The notes under the pieces were generated by a model. It was not told where the DNA came from. It did not search any database and saw nothing but the letters and a program-made list of their open reading frames with translations. A stretch of DNA of 64,000 nucleotides from Pseudomonadota bacterium (GTDB lineage: Bacteria; Pseudomonadota; Gammaproteobacteria; JAKAQQ01). Position numbers and translations under genes: made by a program. Positions 25,553-34,621 of this stretch are shown one piece after another (within the stretch, counting starts at the first letter, position 1; each line of letters starts with the position of its first letter). The stretch is from positions 44,403 to 108,402 of the forward strand of contig DAHVLZ010000036.1 of assembly GCA_027320085.1 (NCBI GenBank), given 5' to 3'.

Positions 25553-26953
25553 ATGCCGCGCGAATTTTCAAGATGGCGCCCGCGGGTTTCCATGGTGGTG
25601 CTCGTCCTTGCCGTTGCAACCACCACCTGGGGAACAGCACACGCCCTGCCCGATCTTTACGTTGCCCAGGCAAACAACAAGACAGTGGCAGTCCTGAACA
25701 CGGGCAACGATTTCAATGAGATCGCGACGGTCAACACCCAACAGGATCCTACGGCCTTTGCGGTCGCTCCCATCGGGAGTCCGATCTATATCGCCAACTC
25801 CAGCAGTGGCACCGTCACCGTGATGAACGTGGACAACGTGGTAACTGGCACCATTCCGGTCGGTGCTGACCCGGATAGCATCGTCTTTAGCCCTGCCGGG
25901 AGCGCCGGCTATGTTGCCAGTGCGGGAGCCAACGATATCTCCGAGATCGATGTTGCAACCTCGACCGTACTCCAGACCATTGCCGTAGGCGACCAACCGG
26001 ATGGCCTAGCCATGACACCCGATGGTTCCCTGCTGTTCGTTTCCAATCGCGGGGATGGAACGGTTTCGGTGGTCTCTGCCCCTCTGGCAGCCAGTTTACT
26101 GACCATTCCGGTGGGAAAGGATCCGGGTGCGGTCCTGGTTTCTCCCCGTGGTTTCACGGTTTATGTGGCCAACGCTGGCAGTAACAGCATTTCCGTAATC
26201 AACCGGCACGAAAGAAAGGTAATCACGACCATCCCCGTGGGCAATGACCCGACCGGCCTGGCCCTGTCACCCAACGGAGGCGTGCTTTACGTCTCGAATA
26301 GCGGGAGTGGAACCCTTACCTTGATCGACACGGCCACTGACAGTGTCGAGGGCACCATCGATCTGGGCGGTGATCCTGCGGGACTCGCGATTTCCCCATC
26401 CGGTGCTCACCTCTACGCCGTCGAACCCGGCCAGAACAGCGTGCTCGTTATTAGCACCGCAACCCGCTCCATCACGGAGACTCTCGGTCCGTTCGCTGGA
26501 CCCGAATCTATCGGTAGCTTTGTCGGACCGGGCGACCTCATTGCCATTGGCGGGGTCTACAACAGCATTGAAAACACTCCGAGCCAGAATACGCTGGGTT
26601 GCAGTGATGTCTTGGGACGTGAGCGCGACTTCCAGCTTCTGGTCCCACCGATCCATGGCTCAGTCACAATCGTACCCAGCAGCGGCCTCTTTACGTATGT
26701 CCCGGACGCCGGGTTCTCTGGGGAGGATGCATTCAGCTTCATCTGTGAAACGGTTGCGGGCGGACCTTCTCCGGTTTCGGCACCCGCCACAGTCAGCATT
26801 TTCGTGTCCTACCAGAACCCCAACGTTAGCAGTTCGAGCTCCCTGGGTCCCCTGACACTTGCTGGTCTGGCTCTCGGCCTGGCCATCCTCGGAATCCGGA
26901 AGCGGAAGACAGCACCCCGCACCTTGAAATCGCAGACCGACGCCCCCATCTAG
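25553..26953 (+). CDS. YVTN-type 7-blade beta-propeller surface protein with Ig-like domain and C-terminal TM anchor
   Basis: Signal peptide ending AHA; seven (L/I)YVxN..TV.V.D...IPVG..P repeats; HGSVTI...FTYVPDAGFSGEDAFSF Ig/cadherin-like unit; SSSSSLG + TM + RKRK. Confidence 0.85.
   Translation: MPREFSRWRPRVSMVVLVLAVATTTWGTAHALPDLYVAQANNKTVAVLNTGNDFNEIATVNTQQDPTAFAVAPIGSPIYIANSSSGTVTVMNVDNVVTGTIPVGADPDSIVFSPAGSAGYVASAGANDISEIDVATSTVLQTIAVGDQPDGLAMTPDGSLLFVSNRGDGTVSVVSAPLAASLLTIPVGKDPGAVLVSPRGFTVYVANAGSNSISVINRHERKVITTIPVGNDPTGLALSPNGGVLYVSNSGSGTLTLIDTATDSVEGTIDLGGDPAGLAISPSGAHLYAVEPGQNSVLVISTATRSITETLGPFAGPESIGSFVGPGDLIAIGGVYNSIENTPSQNTLGCSDVLGRERDFQLLVPPIHGSVTIVPSSGLFTYVPDAGFSGEDAFSFICETVAGGPSPVSAPATVSIFVSYQNPNVSSSSSLGPLTLAGLALGLAILGIRKRKTAPRTLKSQTDAPI
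26923..26951 (+). promoter_or_regulatory. sigma32 promoter for the hsp20 pair
   Basis: CTTGAAA-N14-CCCCATCT, a consensus sigma32 promoter, inside the last codons of the upstream CDS. Confidence 0.85.
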
Positions 26954-27009
26954 AAGGCATAGGGGTGTTTCCACACCCTGCCATTTCATCGATTTATGGA
27001 GGTGTCACC

Positions 27010-27465
27010 ATGTGGTTTGATCTCATGAGTCCGTTCGAGACTGATTTCCAGTTCTTCAGTGAAATCGGGCCCTTCCGTTCGGCCCTGGAAAGCTGGTTCG
27101 CAGATTCGTTCAGCCGAGACCTCAGGGCCAGTCCGGCCAGCCGTTTCCCACTAATCAATATCGGAGAAACGGAACAGGAGTTCCGCATCCATGTGTTTGC
27201 CCCGGGGGTTGACCAGAAAGACCTCTCTGTAGAGGTCAAAGACGGTCTGATCACCATTGCCGGCAAACGGGCCACGAAAACCGAGAAAGAAGCCACCGTT
27301 TATCGGCAGGAACGCTTCAGCGGCGAGTTTCTACGAACCCTGAGCCTTCCGGACTCCGTTGATCCAGAGGCTATTACGGCCCAAGCCAAAAACGGAGTTG
27401 TCACTCTGTTTCTTCCGAAAAAGGCCGCGCTTCAGCCAAGACGGGTTGAAGTTCGCGCCGCCTGA
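27010..27465 (+). CDS. Small heat-shock protein Hsp20
   Basis: FPLINIGET, APGV, ERFSGEFLRTLSLP, NGVVTLFLPK; GGAGGT RBS. Confidence 0.95.
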   Translation: MWFDLMSPFETDFQFFSEIGPFRSALESWFADSFSRDLRASPASRFPLINIGETEQEFRIHVFAPGVDQKDLSVEVKDGLITIAGKRATKTEKEATVYRQERFSGEFLRTLSLPDSVDPEAITAQAKNGVVTLFLPKKAALQPRRVEVRAA

Positions 27466-27493
27466 CCGGTACTCAAAGAGGAGGTAAGCAACC

Positions 27494-27901
27494 ATGACCA
27501 GCCAGCAACTGAGTGCCCACGCCAAACCCCTGCCGACCGCCAAGTATCCAGACCAGGCAGCACGGCGGGAACCGGTGATTCTGCCCCCCGTGGATATCCG
27601 CGAGACAGATGATGCAATCCTTATCGAAGCGGACATGCCCGGTGTATCCACGGATTCTCTCAAAGTCGAGGTGGGTGATAACCGGCTCACCCTAGAAGGT
27701 ACACTCGCGGTCGACCTGCCCGAAGCCGTGAGCTTGGTAGATGCCGATCTGCGGGGGTCACACTATCAGCGGCAATTTACGCTCGGGCAACAGACCATTG
27801 ATCCGGAAAAGATCCGTGCCGAACTCAAGGACGGAGTGCTCCGGGTTTCCCTGCAGAAACGCGAGAGCCATAGAACCCGACGAATCCCGATCTCAAACTG
27901 A
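27494..27901 (+). CDS. Small heat-shock protein Hsp20
   Basis: PPVDIRET, ADMPGV, YQRQFTL, LKDGVLRVSL; GAGGAGG RBS. Confidence 0.95.
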   Translation: MTSQQLSAHAKPLPTAKYPDQAARREPVILPPVDIRETDDAILIEADMPGVSTDSLKVEVGDNRLTLEGTLAVDLPEAVSLVDADLRGSHYQRQFTLGQQTIDPEKIRAELKDGVLRVSLQKRESHRTRRIPISN

Positions 27902-27917
27902 GAACTCTGTGCAGTCC

Positions 27918-27945
27918 AACCCCCCGCTTCCCGGGGGGTTTTTTT
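27918..27945 (+). terminator. Rho-independent terminator after the hsp20 pair
   Basis: AACCCCCCG-cttcc-CGGGGGGTT followed by a T run. Confidence 0.9.
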
Positions 27946-27970
27946 ATGCCCCAGTCGACGATGACCCGAC

Positions 27971-28903
27971 CTAAACCATCCTCTGGTGGTACCTTAGACT
28001 TTCGTATGCGGGTGCCCCACGGACCACAAACCACCACAGGGACCATGCATCTCTGCGACGGAGTACGCGGGCAAGAAGCCTCACCAAGAGGAAAGCCCGA
28101 AAGCCCAAGACGTAAAAGGTTCCGTGATGTTTCCGCAGGTAATAAAGGAAAGACACATAAAACTCTTTTCGGAGTGCCAGTTGCATCGGCATACTCCCTC
28201 CCCCCACATGGCAAAAATGCGCGTCGGGGACATAACAGATGCGCTGTTTTACATTCCGAACTCGCCTAGCCAGATCCTCTTCCTCGCAATAGAGGAAAAA
28301 TTGGGTATCCAACCCACCTAAAGACTCAAGCAGCTCTCCACGGGCGAACAGAGCACTCCCGGTGACCATGGGGACATCAAGCGGCTCTGAGTAGCAGGCA
28401 CGCCGATCAGGGTAGAATGCCGGACGGATCTGTCTCAGAATGCCGGTTCCGACAACCGACCTAAGCAAGCTAGGCAAGTAATCGAATGAGGGTCGCGGTT
28501 GTCCATCTGGTCCTTGGCACCGACCGGTTGCCAGACCAACGTCGGGGTGGGCTTCCATGAAATCGAAAAGGCACCGCAGGACGTTATTCACGAAATACCC
28601 ATCGTTATTGAAAAGGAAGTAGTAGCGGGCACGGACAAACTGCAGGGCAAATTGGTGCCCCGCAGCAAAGCCGAGGTTGATCCTGCTGGTAACCACCTGG
28701 ACCCGCGCATCGGACCACTCCCCGGGATAAACCCGTTCGGTGGACTGTGAACCGTTTTCCACAACGACGATCCGGAAGTCCAAGAGAGGATCGGTGTTTC
28801 CAAGGATCGAGGACACCGCGGTTCGGGTATGCTCGCTGGAGTTGTAGTTGAGGATCGAGACCGCAACCGCATGACGCTCCTTGCGGGATTCCGCGGTAAC
28901 CAT
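27971..28903 (-). CDS. Glycosyltransferase family 2 (WbbL/GT2-like)
   Basis: ILNYNS, VVENGS, NLGFAAG, FNNDG, GGLDTQFFLYCEEEDLARR, HVGGGS; start chosen to avoid overlapping uvrD. Confidence 0.88.
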   Translation of the reverse strand: MVTAESRKERHAVAVSILNYNSSEHTRTAVSSILGNTDPLLDFRIVVVENGSQSTERVYPGEWSDARVQVVTSRINLGFAAGHQFALQFVRARYYFLFNNDGYFVNNVLRCLFDFMEAHPDVGLATGRCQGPDGQPRPSFDYLPSLLRSVVGTGILRQIRPAFYPDRRACYSEPLDVPMVTGSALFARGELLESLGGLDTQFFLYCEEEDLARRVRNVKQRICYVPDAHFCHVGGGSMPMQLALRKEFYVSFLYYLRKHHGTFYVLGFRAFLLVRLLARVLRRRDAWSLWWFVVRGAPAYESLRYHQRMV

Positions 28904-28949
28904 GGGCGGTTGGAGACTCCGGCCGATGTGCTCCCTTACAATAGCAAAC

Positions 28950-31139
28950 ATGGACACCACCCGTCTGCTCCAGTCTCTGAACAAGGCCCAACAAGAGGCG
29001 GTTCGCCAACCGGAAGTCCCAGTTTTGGTCCTAGCAGGTGCCGGCAGCGGCAAGACTCGCGTCCTTGTGCACCGGGTGGCGTGGCGCCTTGCAATCGACG
29101 GATGTAGGCCCGATCAGGTTCTAGCCGTCACCTTCACCAACAAGGCTGCCCGGGAAATGCGAGAACGGATCTTCCAACTGGCCGGTTCTGAGGCCCGCTC
29201 CATGTGGCTGGGGACGTTCCACAGTATCGGCTACCGGATCTTGGCTCGTCATGCTGCCCAGGCCAGGCTTCCCACTGAATTTACGATCCTTGATGACGAG
29301 GACCAGCGCCGACTGGTCCGACAGCTCATCCGAGATCGGCAATGGGATGAGCGAAATCACGCGCCTTCTCTCGTTCAGTGGTACATCAACCAGCAGAAGG
29401 ATGCCGGCCGGCGCGCCGGACAGGTAGCCGAAGGTATTTCAGACGGAGATGAGTCCCTTCGGGTGCTGTATGCCGATTACGAAAAAAAACTGAAGACACT
29501 CGGTGCCACTGATTTTCCGGAACTCCTGTTCGGTTGCCTCGAGCTCTGGCAAAATCACCCCCAGATCCGCGACCAGTACCGCGGGCGCTTTACCGAAATT
29601 CTAATTGACGAATTCCAGGACACGAACCCGCTTCAGTATCTCTGGTTCCGCGAGCTGACGGGATCTGGGGGCCGACCCTTCGTGGTAGGTGACGACGACC
29701 AAGCCATTTACGGCTGGCGGGGCGCACGGATCGAGCATATCCTGGCCTTTTCCCGTGATTTTCCCCAGTCCCGCATGATCCGCCTCGAACAAAACTACCG
29801 CTCGAGCCGATCCATTCTCCAGGCTGCCAATGCCCTGATCGCGCACAATCCTTCCCGGCTGGGGAAAACCCTCTGGACCGAGGGCGAACAAGGCCGCCAA
29901 CCGACCCTTTTCAATGCCGACCACGAACAAGAAGAGGCCGACTATATCGTTTCCGAGATTGAGCAGCAGCTGACCGCCGGACAGGCTCCCTCTACAATCG
30001 CGGTACTCTACCGATCGAACAGTCAATCCCGAATCATCGAGGAGGGACTCGTCCGGCACCGTATCCCTTATCGCGTCTATGGAGGAGTCCGTTTCCTCGA
30101 GCGCGCCGAGATCAAGGATGTCCTTTCCTACCTCCGGCTACTCGTAAACCCCGACCACACCTCGGCATTGGAGCGGGCGCTCCAAGCCCCACCACGAGGC
30201 ATCGGAGACAAAACCCTGGAGCGCGCCCGTGAGTTGGGCCAGAGTGAGTCCTTGTCACTCAACGCTGCCTTATCCCGGCTGGCTGAGGACAAGACACTCG
30301 CTGCACGAACCCGTACAGCCCTCGGGCAGTGGTTCAACCTGCTGTCGCGGATGCGGGAGGCGATCGCTGGACAGGATCTGCCGCAACAAGTTGAACGGGC
30401 CATCGAACTGAGCGGTCTACCCGAGTTCTATCGGCAGGAGGATCCCCTGCGGGCAGAAAGTCGGCTCGAAAGTCTGGGCGAACTCATCAATGCTGCTGCG
30501 ACATTTGAACCCGAGGAACCCCTGAATGGAGAATTCCCTCTTCCCCGTTTGGCCGCCTTCCTCGCGCAGATGACACTGGCCACCGATCTCGAGTCGGGAG
30601 AGACACAGCCGAGTGAAGTTCAGCTCATGAGCCTGCATGCCGCGAAGGGGCTTGAATTTCACACGGTATTCATTAGTGGCCTAGAAGAAGGTCTGCTCCC
30701 GCATATCCGTTCTCTCGACGCCGCGGGGGGCCTCGAGGAGGAACGCCGGCTCTTCTATGTCGGCATGACACGCGCCAAGCAGCAGCTTTTCCTGACCCTA
30801 GCCCGGCAACGGCGGTTACGTGGTCGTCTCTACCAATCCCTGCCATCGCGGTTTCTCCGAGAAATCCCAGAAAGTCAGCTGGACGTTCTCAATCCGGCCG
30901 TGCAGACCGTAAGCCCCATCTGGGGCACGAAACCCACCGGCCGCCCCCGTCCCCGGATTCCAGAGGCAGGACAGCCGGTTTCAGTTGGACGGAGGGTCCG
31001 TCATCCACGCTTTGGGGAGGGGGTCGTCCTCGACCACGAAGGTACTGGAACCCAATGCCGGGTCCAGGTTCGCTTCGACCATGTCGGCAGCAAATGGCTG
31101 GTCTGGTCCATGGCCCATCTCGAAACCCTGGACTCCTGA
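28950..31139 (+). CDS. uvrD: DNA helicase II
   Basis: LAGAGSGKTRVL, TFTNKAAREM, DEFQDTN, LEQNYRS, HAAKGLEF, EEERRLFYVGMTRA, C-terminal Tudor (HPRFGEG). Confidence 0.97.
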   Translation: MDTTRLLQSLNKAQQEAVRQPEVPVLVLAGAGSGKTRVLVHRVAWRLAIDGCRPDQVLAVTFTNKAAREMRERIFQLAGSEARSMWLGTFHSIGYRILARHAAQARLPTEFTILDDEDQRRLVRQLIRDRQWDERNHAPSLVQWYINQQKDAGRRAGQVAEGISDGDESLRVLYADYEKKLKTLGATDFPELLFGCLELWQNHPQIRDQYRGRFTEILIDEFQDTNPLQYLWFRELTGSGGRPFVVGDDDQAIYGWRGARIEHILAFSRDFPQSRMIRLEQNYRSSRSILQAANALIAHNPSRLGKTLWTEGEQGRQPTLFNADHEQEEADYIVSEIEQQLTAGQAPSTIAVLYRSNSQSRIIEEGLVRHRIPYRVYGGVRFLERAEIKDVLSYLRLLVNPDHTSALERALQAPPRGIGDKTLERARELGQSESLSLNAALSRLAEDKTLAARTRTALGQWFNLLSRMREAIAGQDLPQQVERAIELSGLPEFYRQEDPLRAESRLESLGELINAAATFEPEEPLNGEFPLPRLAAFLAQMTLATDLESGETQPSEVQLMSLHAAKGLEFHTVFISGLEEGLLPHIRSLDAAGGLEEERRLFYVGMTRAKQQLFLTLARQRRLRGRLYQSLPSRFLREIPESQLDVLNPAVQTVSPIWGTKPTGRPRPRIPEAGQPVSVGRRVRHPRFGEGVVLDHEGTGTQCRVQVRFDHVGSKWLVWSMAHLETLDS

Positions 31140-31141
31140 CC

Positions 31142-31867
31142 GTGCTAGGGAAACGACAACCCGTGATTTTATCTTTCTCCGGAGGCAAGGACTCACTCCT
31201 TGCACTCGCCCGACTTTCCATGGATCCCGACTGGCAGGTTGTCCGACTGCTGACGACCCTCAACGAACGCTATCAGCGCATTGCCATGCACGGCGTGCGA
31301 CGTTCGCTTCTTGAAGAACAAGCCCGCTCGCTCGGGCTGCCACTGGATCTCGTTTTCCTGCCCGCACATGGCGGCAATACCGAATACGAGACTGCCCTCA
31401 GCCACCGCCTGGTGGAGTACCGGTCAGTTGGGATCTACCATGTGGCCTTTGGTGACCTCTTTCTGGAGGATGTTCGTCGTTACCGGGAGACCCACCTCGC
31501 ACAAGTGGGCATGACAGGGCTCTTTCCCTTATGGGGGCAACCGACGAACGGTCTGGCCCGTCGTTTTATTGCCGAAGGCTACCGGGCCACTGTGGTCTGC
31601 GTGGATACCACCCAGCTGGATCCGTCGTTCGCAGGCCGCGAGTTTGATAACCACTTCCTAGACACCCTCCCACCCACGGTTGACCCCTGTGGAGAACGCG
31701 GCGAGTTTCATAGTTTCGTCTACGACGGTCCTCCCTTCAATCGACCCGTCCCTTTCCAGAGGGGACAGACAGTGCTTCGGGATCGGCGTTTTCAGTATTG
31801 CGAACTCCACCACCTGCCACCCGAGCCGCCACCATCCGATATCCCACCCGAAGGAAAACTGCCATGA
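31142..31867 (+). CDS. PP-loop ATP pyrophosphatase, diphthine-ammonia ligase/DUF71 family
   Basis: SFSGGKDS, MHGVR, FGDLFLEDVRRYRE, DPCGERGEFHSFVYDGP. Confidence 0.9.
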   Translation: MLGKRQPVILSFSGGKDSLLALARLSMDPDWQVVRLLTTLNERYQRIAMHGVRRSLLEEQARSLGLPLDLVFLPAHGGNTEYETALSHRLVEYRSVGIYHVAFGDLFLEDVRRYRETHLAQVGMTGLFPLWGQPTNGLARRFIAEGYRATVVCVDTTQLDPSFAGREFDNHFLDTLPPTVDPCGERGEFHSFVYDGPPFNRPVPFQRGQTVLRDRRFQYCELHHLPPEPPPSDIPPEGKLP

Positions 31868-32577
31868 CGCCACCCGAATCCCGGTTTTGTTTCTCTCCAC
31901 CCCAAAGGCATTCGCTGGCCATCGCCGGGACAGATGATCGCTTTCCAGTCCGGTCAATCTATTGCGTTGGGCGCAATTACCGGGAGCATGCACGAGAGAT
32001 GGGGGCACCGACGGATGGACTGCCGTGTTTTTTCATGAAGCCGGCGCATGCGCTCCTGGCCGACAGTTCTCGTATTCCTTATCCGCCGGCGACCGACGAT
32101 TTTCAGCACGAAGTGGAGCTGGTCGTCGCGCTTGGGTCAGGCGGGCGCCGGATTCCCCCCGAGGAGGCTTTGCGGGCGGTATTCGGGTACGGGATCGGAC
32201 TTGACCTGACCCGCCGCGATCTCCAAGCTCGGCTCAAGAAACAGGGTCAGCCGTGGGAACTGTCCAAAAGCTTCACCGGATCAGCCGCCTGTTCTGCCCT
32301 GGTTAGGACCAGCTTCGATGGTTCTGACCAGGCCCCCCATCAAATCCGGCTTGTAGTAAATGGCACTCTGCGACAGGAAGCGCAGACCGACCAAATGATC
32401 TGGCCGATTGCAACCCTTCTTTCCGAACTTTCCCGTTATGAGGAGCTCGCGGCCGGTGATCTGCTTTTCACAGGGACACCTGCGGGAGTGGGCCCACTGG
32501 CCGTGGGCGACAGGGGATTCGCCGAAATTGTGGACGCCTGCCGCCTCGACTTCGAGGTCATTCCAGGGCCAGCTTAA
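31864..32577 (+). CDS. Fumarylacetoacetate hydrolase family protein
   Basis: IYCVGRNYREHAREMG, FFMKP, HEVELVV, DLTRRDLQ, TGTPAGVG. Confidence 0.93.
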   Translation: MTPPESRFCFSPPQRHSLAIAGTDDRFPVRSIYCVGRNYREHAREMGAPTDGLPCFFMKPAHALLADSSRIPYPPATDDFQHEVELVVALGSGGRRIPPEEALRAVFGYGIGLDLTRRDLQARLKKQGQPWELSKSFTGSAACSALVRTSFDGSDQAPHQIRLVVNGTLRQEAQTDQMIWPIATLLSELSRYEELAAGDLLFTGTPAGVGPLAVGDRGFAEIVDACRLDFEVIPGPA

Positions 32578-34319
32578 TCCGGCGCGTCGATCCGGCCCAA
32601 GATACTGACCAAGCGGGTCATCAATTCCTGAGAGGGCCGGGCTAACTCGCGATCGAAGACCTGCTCTGCGGATGGGTTCCTCCGCTCAGACCAGTCTGAG
32701 GCGAAGCGCAGTCCCTGAGCATGGATGGATTCATGCAATTCACCGAGACGAGCGAAAAAAAATGATTCAGTCTGGGAACCTTCATGCATGGTTCGCCTGA
32801 GCCATCCATCAAGCCGGCATGACTCCTGGTGGCTAAGCACATCCGTAAGGTTTGTGCACCCGGTCTCTCCGCTGGCTGGCCGGGTCAAGGCATGGCGGAG
32901 GGCTTCCAGCCACCGTAGATGCGAAAAGGCGGCCGCCATACCATCAACATGATTGATTGGCCACGGACGCCGGTCCCGCTGATACCAATGCGGAGGGGGG
33001 GCCCATCGGCCTAACCAGTTAGGGATGTCCCAGGGCAATAACGGAGGGGCGATGTAGTACCCTTGGGCATATCGGCACCCGAGTTCAAGAAGCAGCGTCC
33101 CCACACTTTCATTTTCCACACCCTCCGCGATCACGGTGAGCCCCTGGCTTTGGGCATGTAACAGCTGTGCGGTCACGATACCGAGCGCTTGGTCATGTCG
33201 GAGGAGGTCTCCCACGAAACGTTTTTCGATTTTGATGCCATCGACCGGAAGCTCCTGAAGATACTGCATCATGGCATTTCCGGTTCCGAAGTCGTCCAGC
33301 AAAAACCGGACTCCCCAGGACTGCAGGGTTTCGATGACCTGCCGCGCGCGAGACAGATCTGTGATGGGGCTGGTCTCTGTCACTTCGATCATGAGCCGAT
33401 CCCTTTCATGACGGATCCGCTGCAAGGCTTCGGCCACGTCGTCCAGAAAACCATCGCAAAGCAGGTGCCGGGCACTGATATTGATCGTGATCACTCCTTC
33501 GAAACCAACCGTAGACCAGTTCTCGATATGCTCGGCCGCGTACCCGAGAACATACTGGCCGAGTTCGCGAGCCAGACCGGTATCGGCTTCGATCCCCTCG
33601 ATGAATTGGGCAGCTGGAACGAGCTGTCGATCATCAGGTCGCCAACTGATCAATCCCTCGAATCCGAACAGGGTGCCATCCGACATATCCACAATCGGCT
33701 GGTAGCGGAGAAACGGCTTGCACGCACGAAGGGCTTCAGTGAAGCGTGATTCCATCTGGTGGCGTTGATCCCAGCGCTGCATCATCTCATCGGAGTAAAG
33801 GAGAAAACGGAGCCCCTGACGCCGGGCTTCCCAAAGCGCGAGTTCAGCCTGGCGAAGCCGGATCTCGACCGGAAAATCCGGGTCGTCCGGGTACAGGACG
33901 ACGCCCACTCGAGCGGGCAATCCCGGGCAGGCAGCGCCCTCAACCGGAAGCGGCCACTGGAGCGCCTTTAGAAGAGATTCGGCGAAAGTCACCAAGGCGT
34001 GCTCTCCCGCGACCCCGGGCAGGAAAAACCCGAAGACTCCCTCGCGGATTACCCCCAGAAAATCTCCAGTACCGAGCAGACTCTTCAAACGCTCGGCCAC
34101 AGCCTGAAGTAACCGATCCAGTGCCGGGTCTCCCTGACGCGGCATACGCTCCTCCAATCCCTCGAGTCCAACAAGAAGAAGTGCGGCCATCGCCTCCGGG
34201 TGGATTGCGCGTGCGCCACACTGGCCAACCACCTCGATCCAATGCGATCGTCGCAACAATCCGGTTGCCGGGTCGCTGCCGCGCAACGCTTCCCACCGTG
34301 CCGGCCAGTGGTCTTCCAC
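32574..34319 (-). CDS. Degenerate GGDEF + EAL + C-terminal CZB-like protein (probable c-di-GMP phosphodiesterase)
   Basis: DPATGL; GGDEF replaced by REGVF; YQPIV, EGL, EVTE, DDFGTG, AEGVE, QGY; C-terminal H..W..CRLDGW..H...H; start uncertain (must lie below 34463). Confidence 0.85.
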   Translation of the reverse strand: MEDHWPARWEALRGSDPATGLLRRSHWIEVVGQCGARAIHPEAMAALLLVGLEGLEERMPRQGDPALDRLLQAVAERLKSLLGTGDFLGVIREGVFGFFLPGVAGEHALVTFAESLLKALQWPLPVEGAACPGLPARVGVVLYPDDPDFPVEIRLRQAELALWEARRQGLRFLLYSDEMMQRWDQRHQMESRFTEALRACKPFLRYQPIVDMSDGTLFGFEGLISWRPDDRQLVPAAQFIEGIEADTGLARELGQYVLGYAAEHIENWSTVGFEGVITINISARHLLCDGFLDDVAEALQRIRHERDRLMIEVTETSPITDLSRARQVIETLQSWGVRFLLDDFGTGNAMMQYLQELPVDGIKIEKRFVGDLLRHDQALGIVTAQLLHAQSQGLTVIAEGVENESVGTLLLELGCRYAQGYYIAPPLLPWDIPNWLGRWAPPPHWYQRDRRPWPINHVDGMAAAFSHLRWLEALRHALTRPASGETGCTNLTDVLSHQESCRLDGWLRRTMHEGSQTESFFFARLGELHESIHAQGLRFASDWSERRNPSAEQVFDRELARPSQELMTRLVSILGRIDAPD

Positions 34320-34462
34320 GGTCAAGTCAGCGGGTCCGATCCGCGCCCGACAAATATCTGCCTGTTTCTCGAAATCAGCAGGCCAGTTGGAATCATGGGG
34401 CAGACCGTCTCCGGGTGACGCTTGATATACTGCCACGGGTGACGTACCGGAGCCAACCACCC

Positions 34463-34621
34463 ATGAAAGTTCTGTGGGCGGGATTGATCTTCTGCTGCCT
34501 TGTGGGGCTAGCCGGCTGCGGGCAAAAGGGGCCCCTCTACCTCCCCCCGAATCGCTCTCACCACCGGCTTCAGGAACCGGCCACCCATCCCCAACCGGCG
34601 GCTGCACATGTCCGCCGGTGA
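34463..34621 (+). CDS. lptM: LPS translocon maturation lipoprotein LptM (YifL/LppL)
   Basis: MKVLWAGLIFCCLVGLAGC lipobox followed by the signature GQKGPLYLP; 52 aa, the tail of track ORF 33746..34621. Confidence 0.9.
   Translation: MKVLWAGLIFCCLVGLAGCGQKGPLYLPPNRSHHRLQEPATHPQPAAAHVRR

Noticed and set aside
28904-28949. LexA (CTGT-N8-ACAG) box upstream of uvrD; also looked upstream of uvrA
   Set aside because: No such motif is visible at either gene; a lineage-specific box cannot be excluded.
33746-34462. 291-aa plus-strand ORF antisense to the EAL gene
   Set aside because: Only its last 52 codons (lptM) are real; the rest is a shadow ORF.
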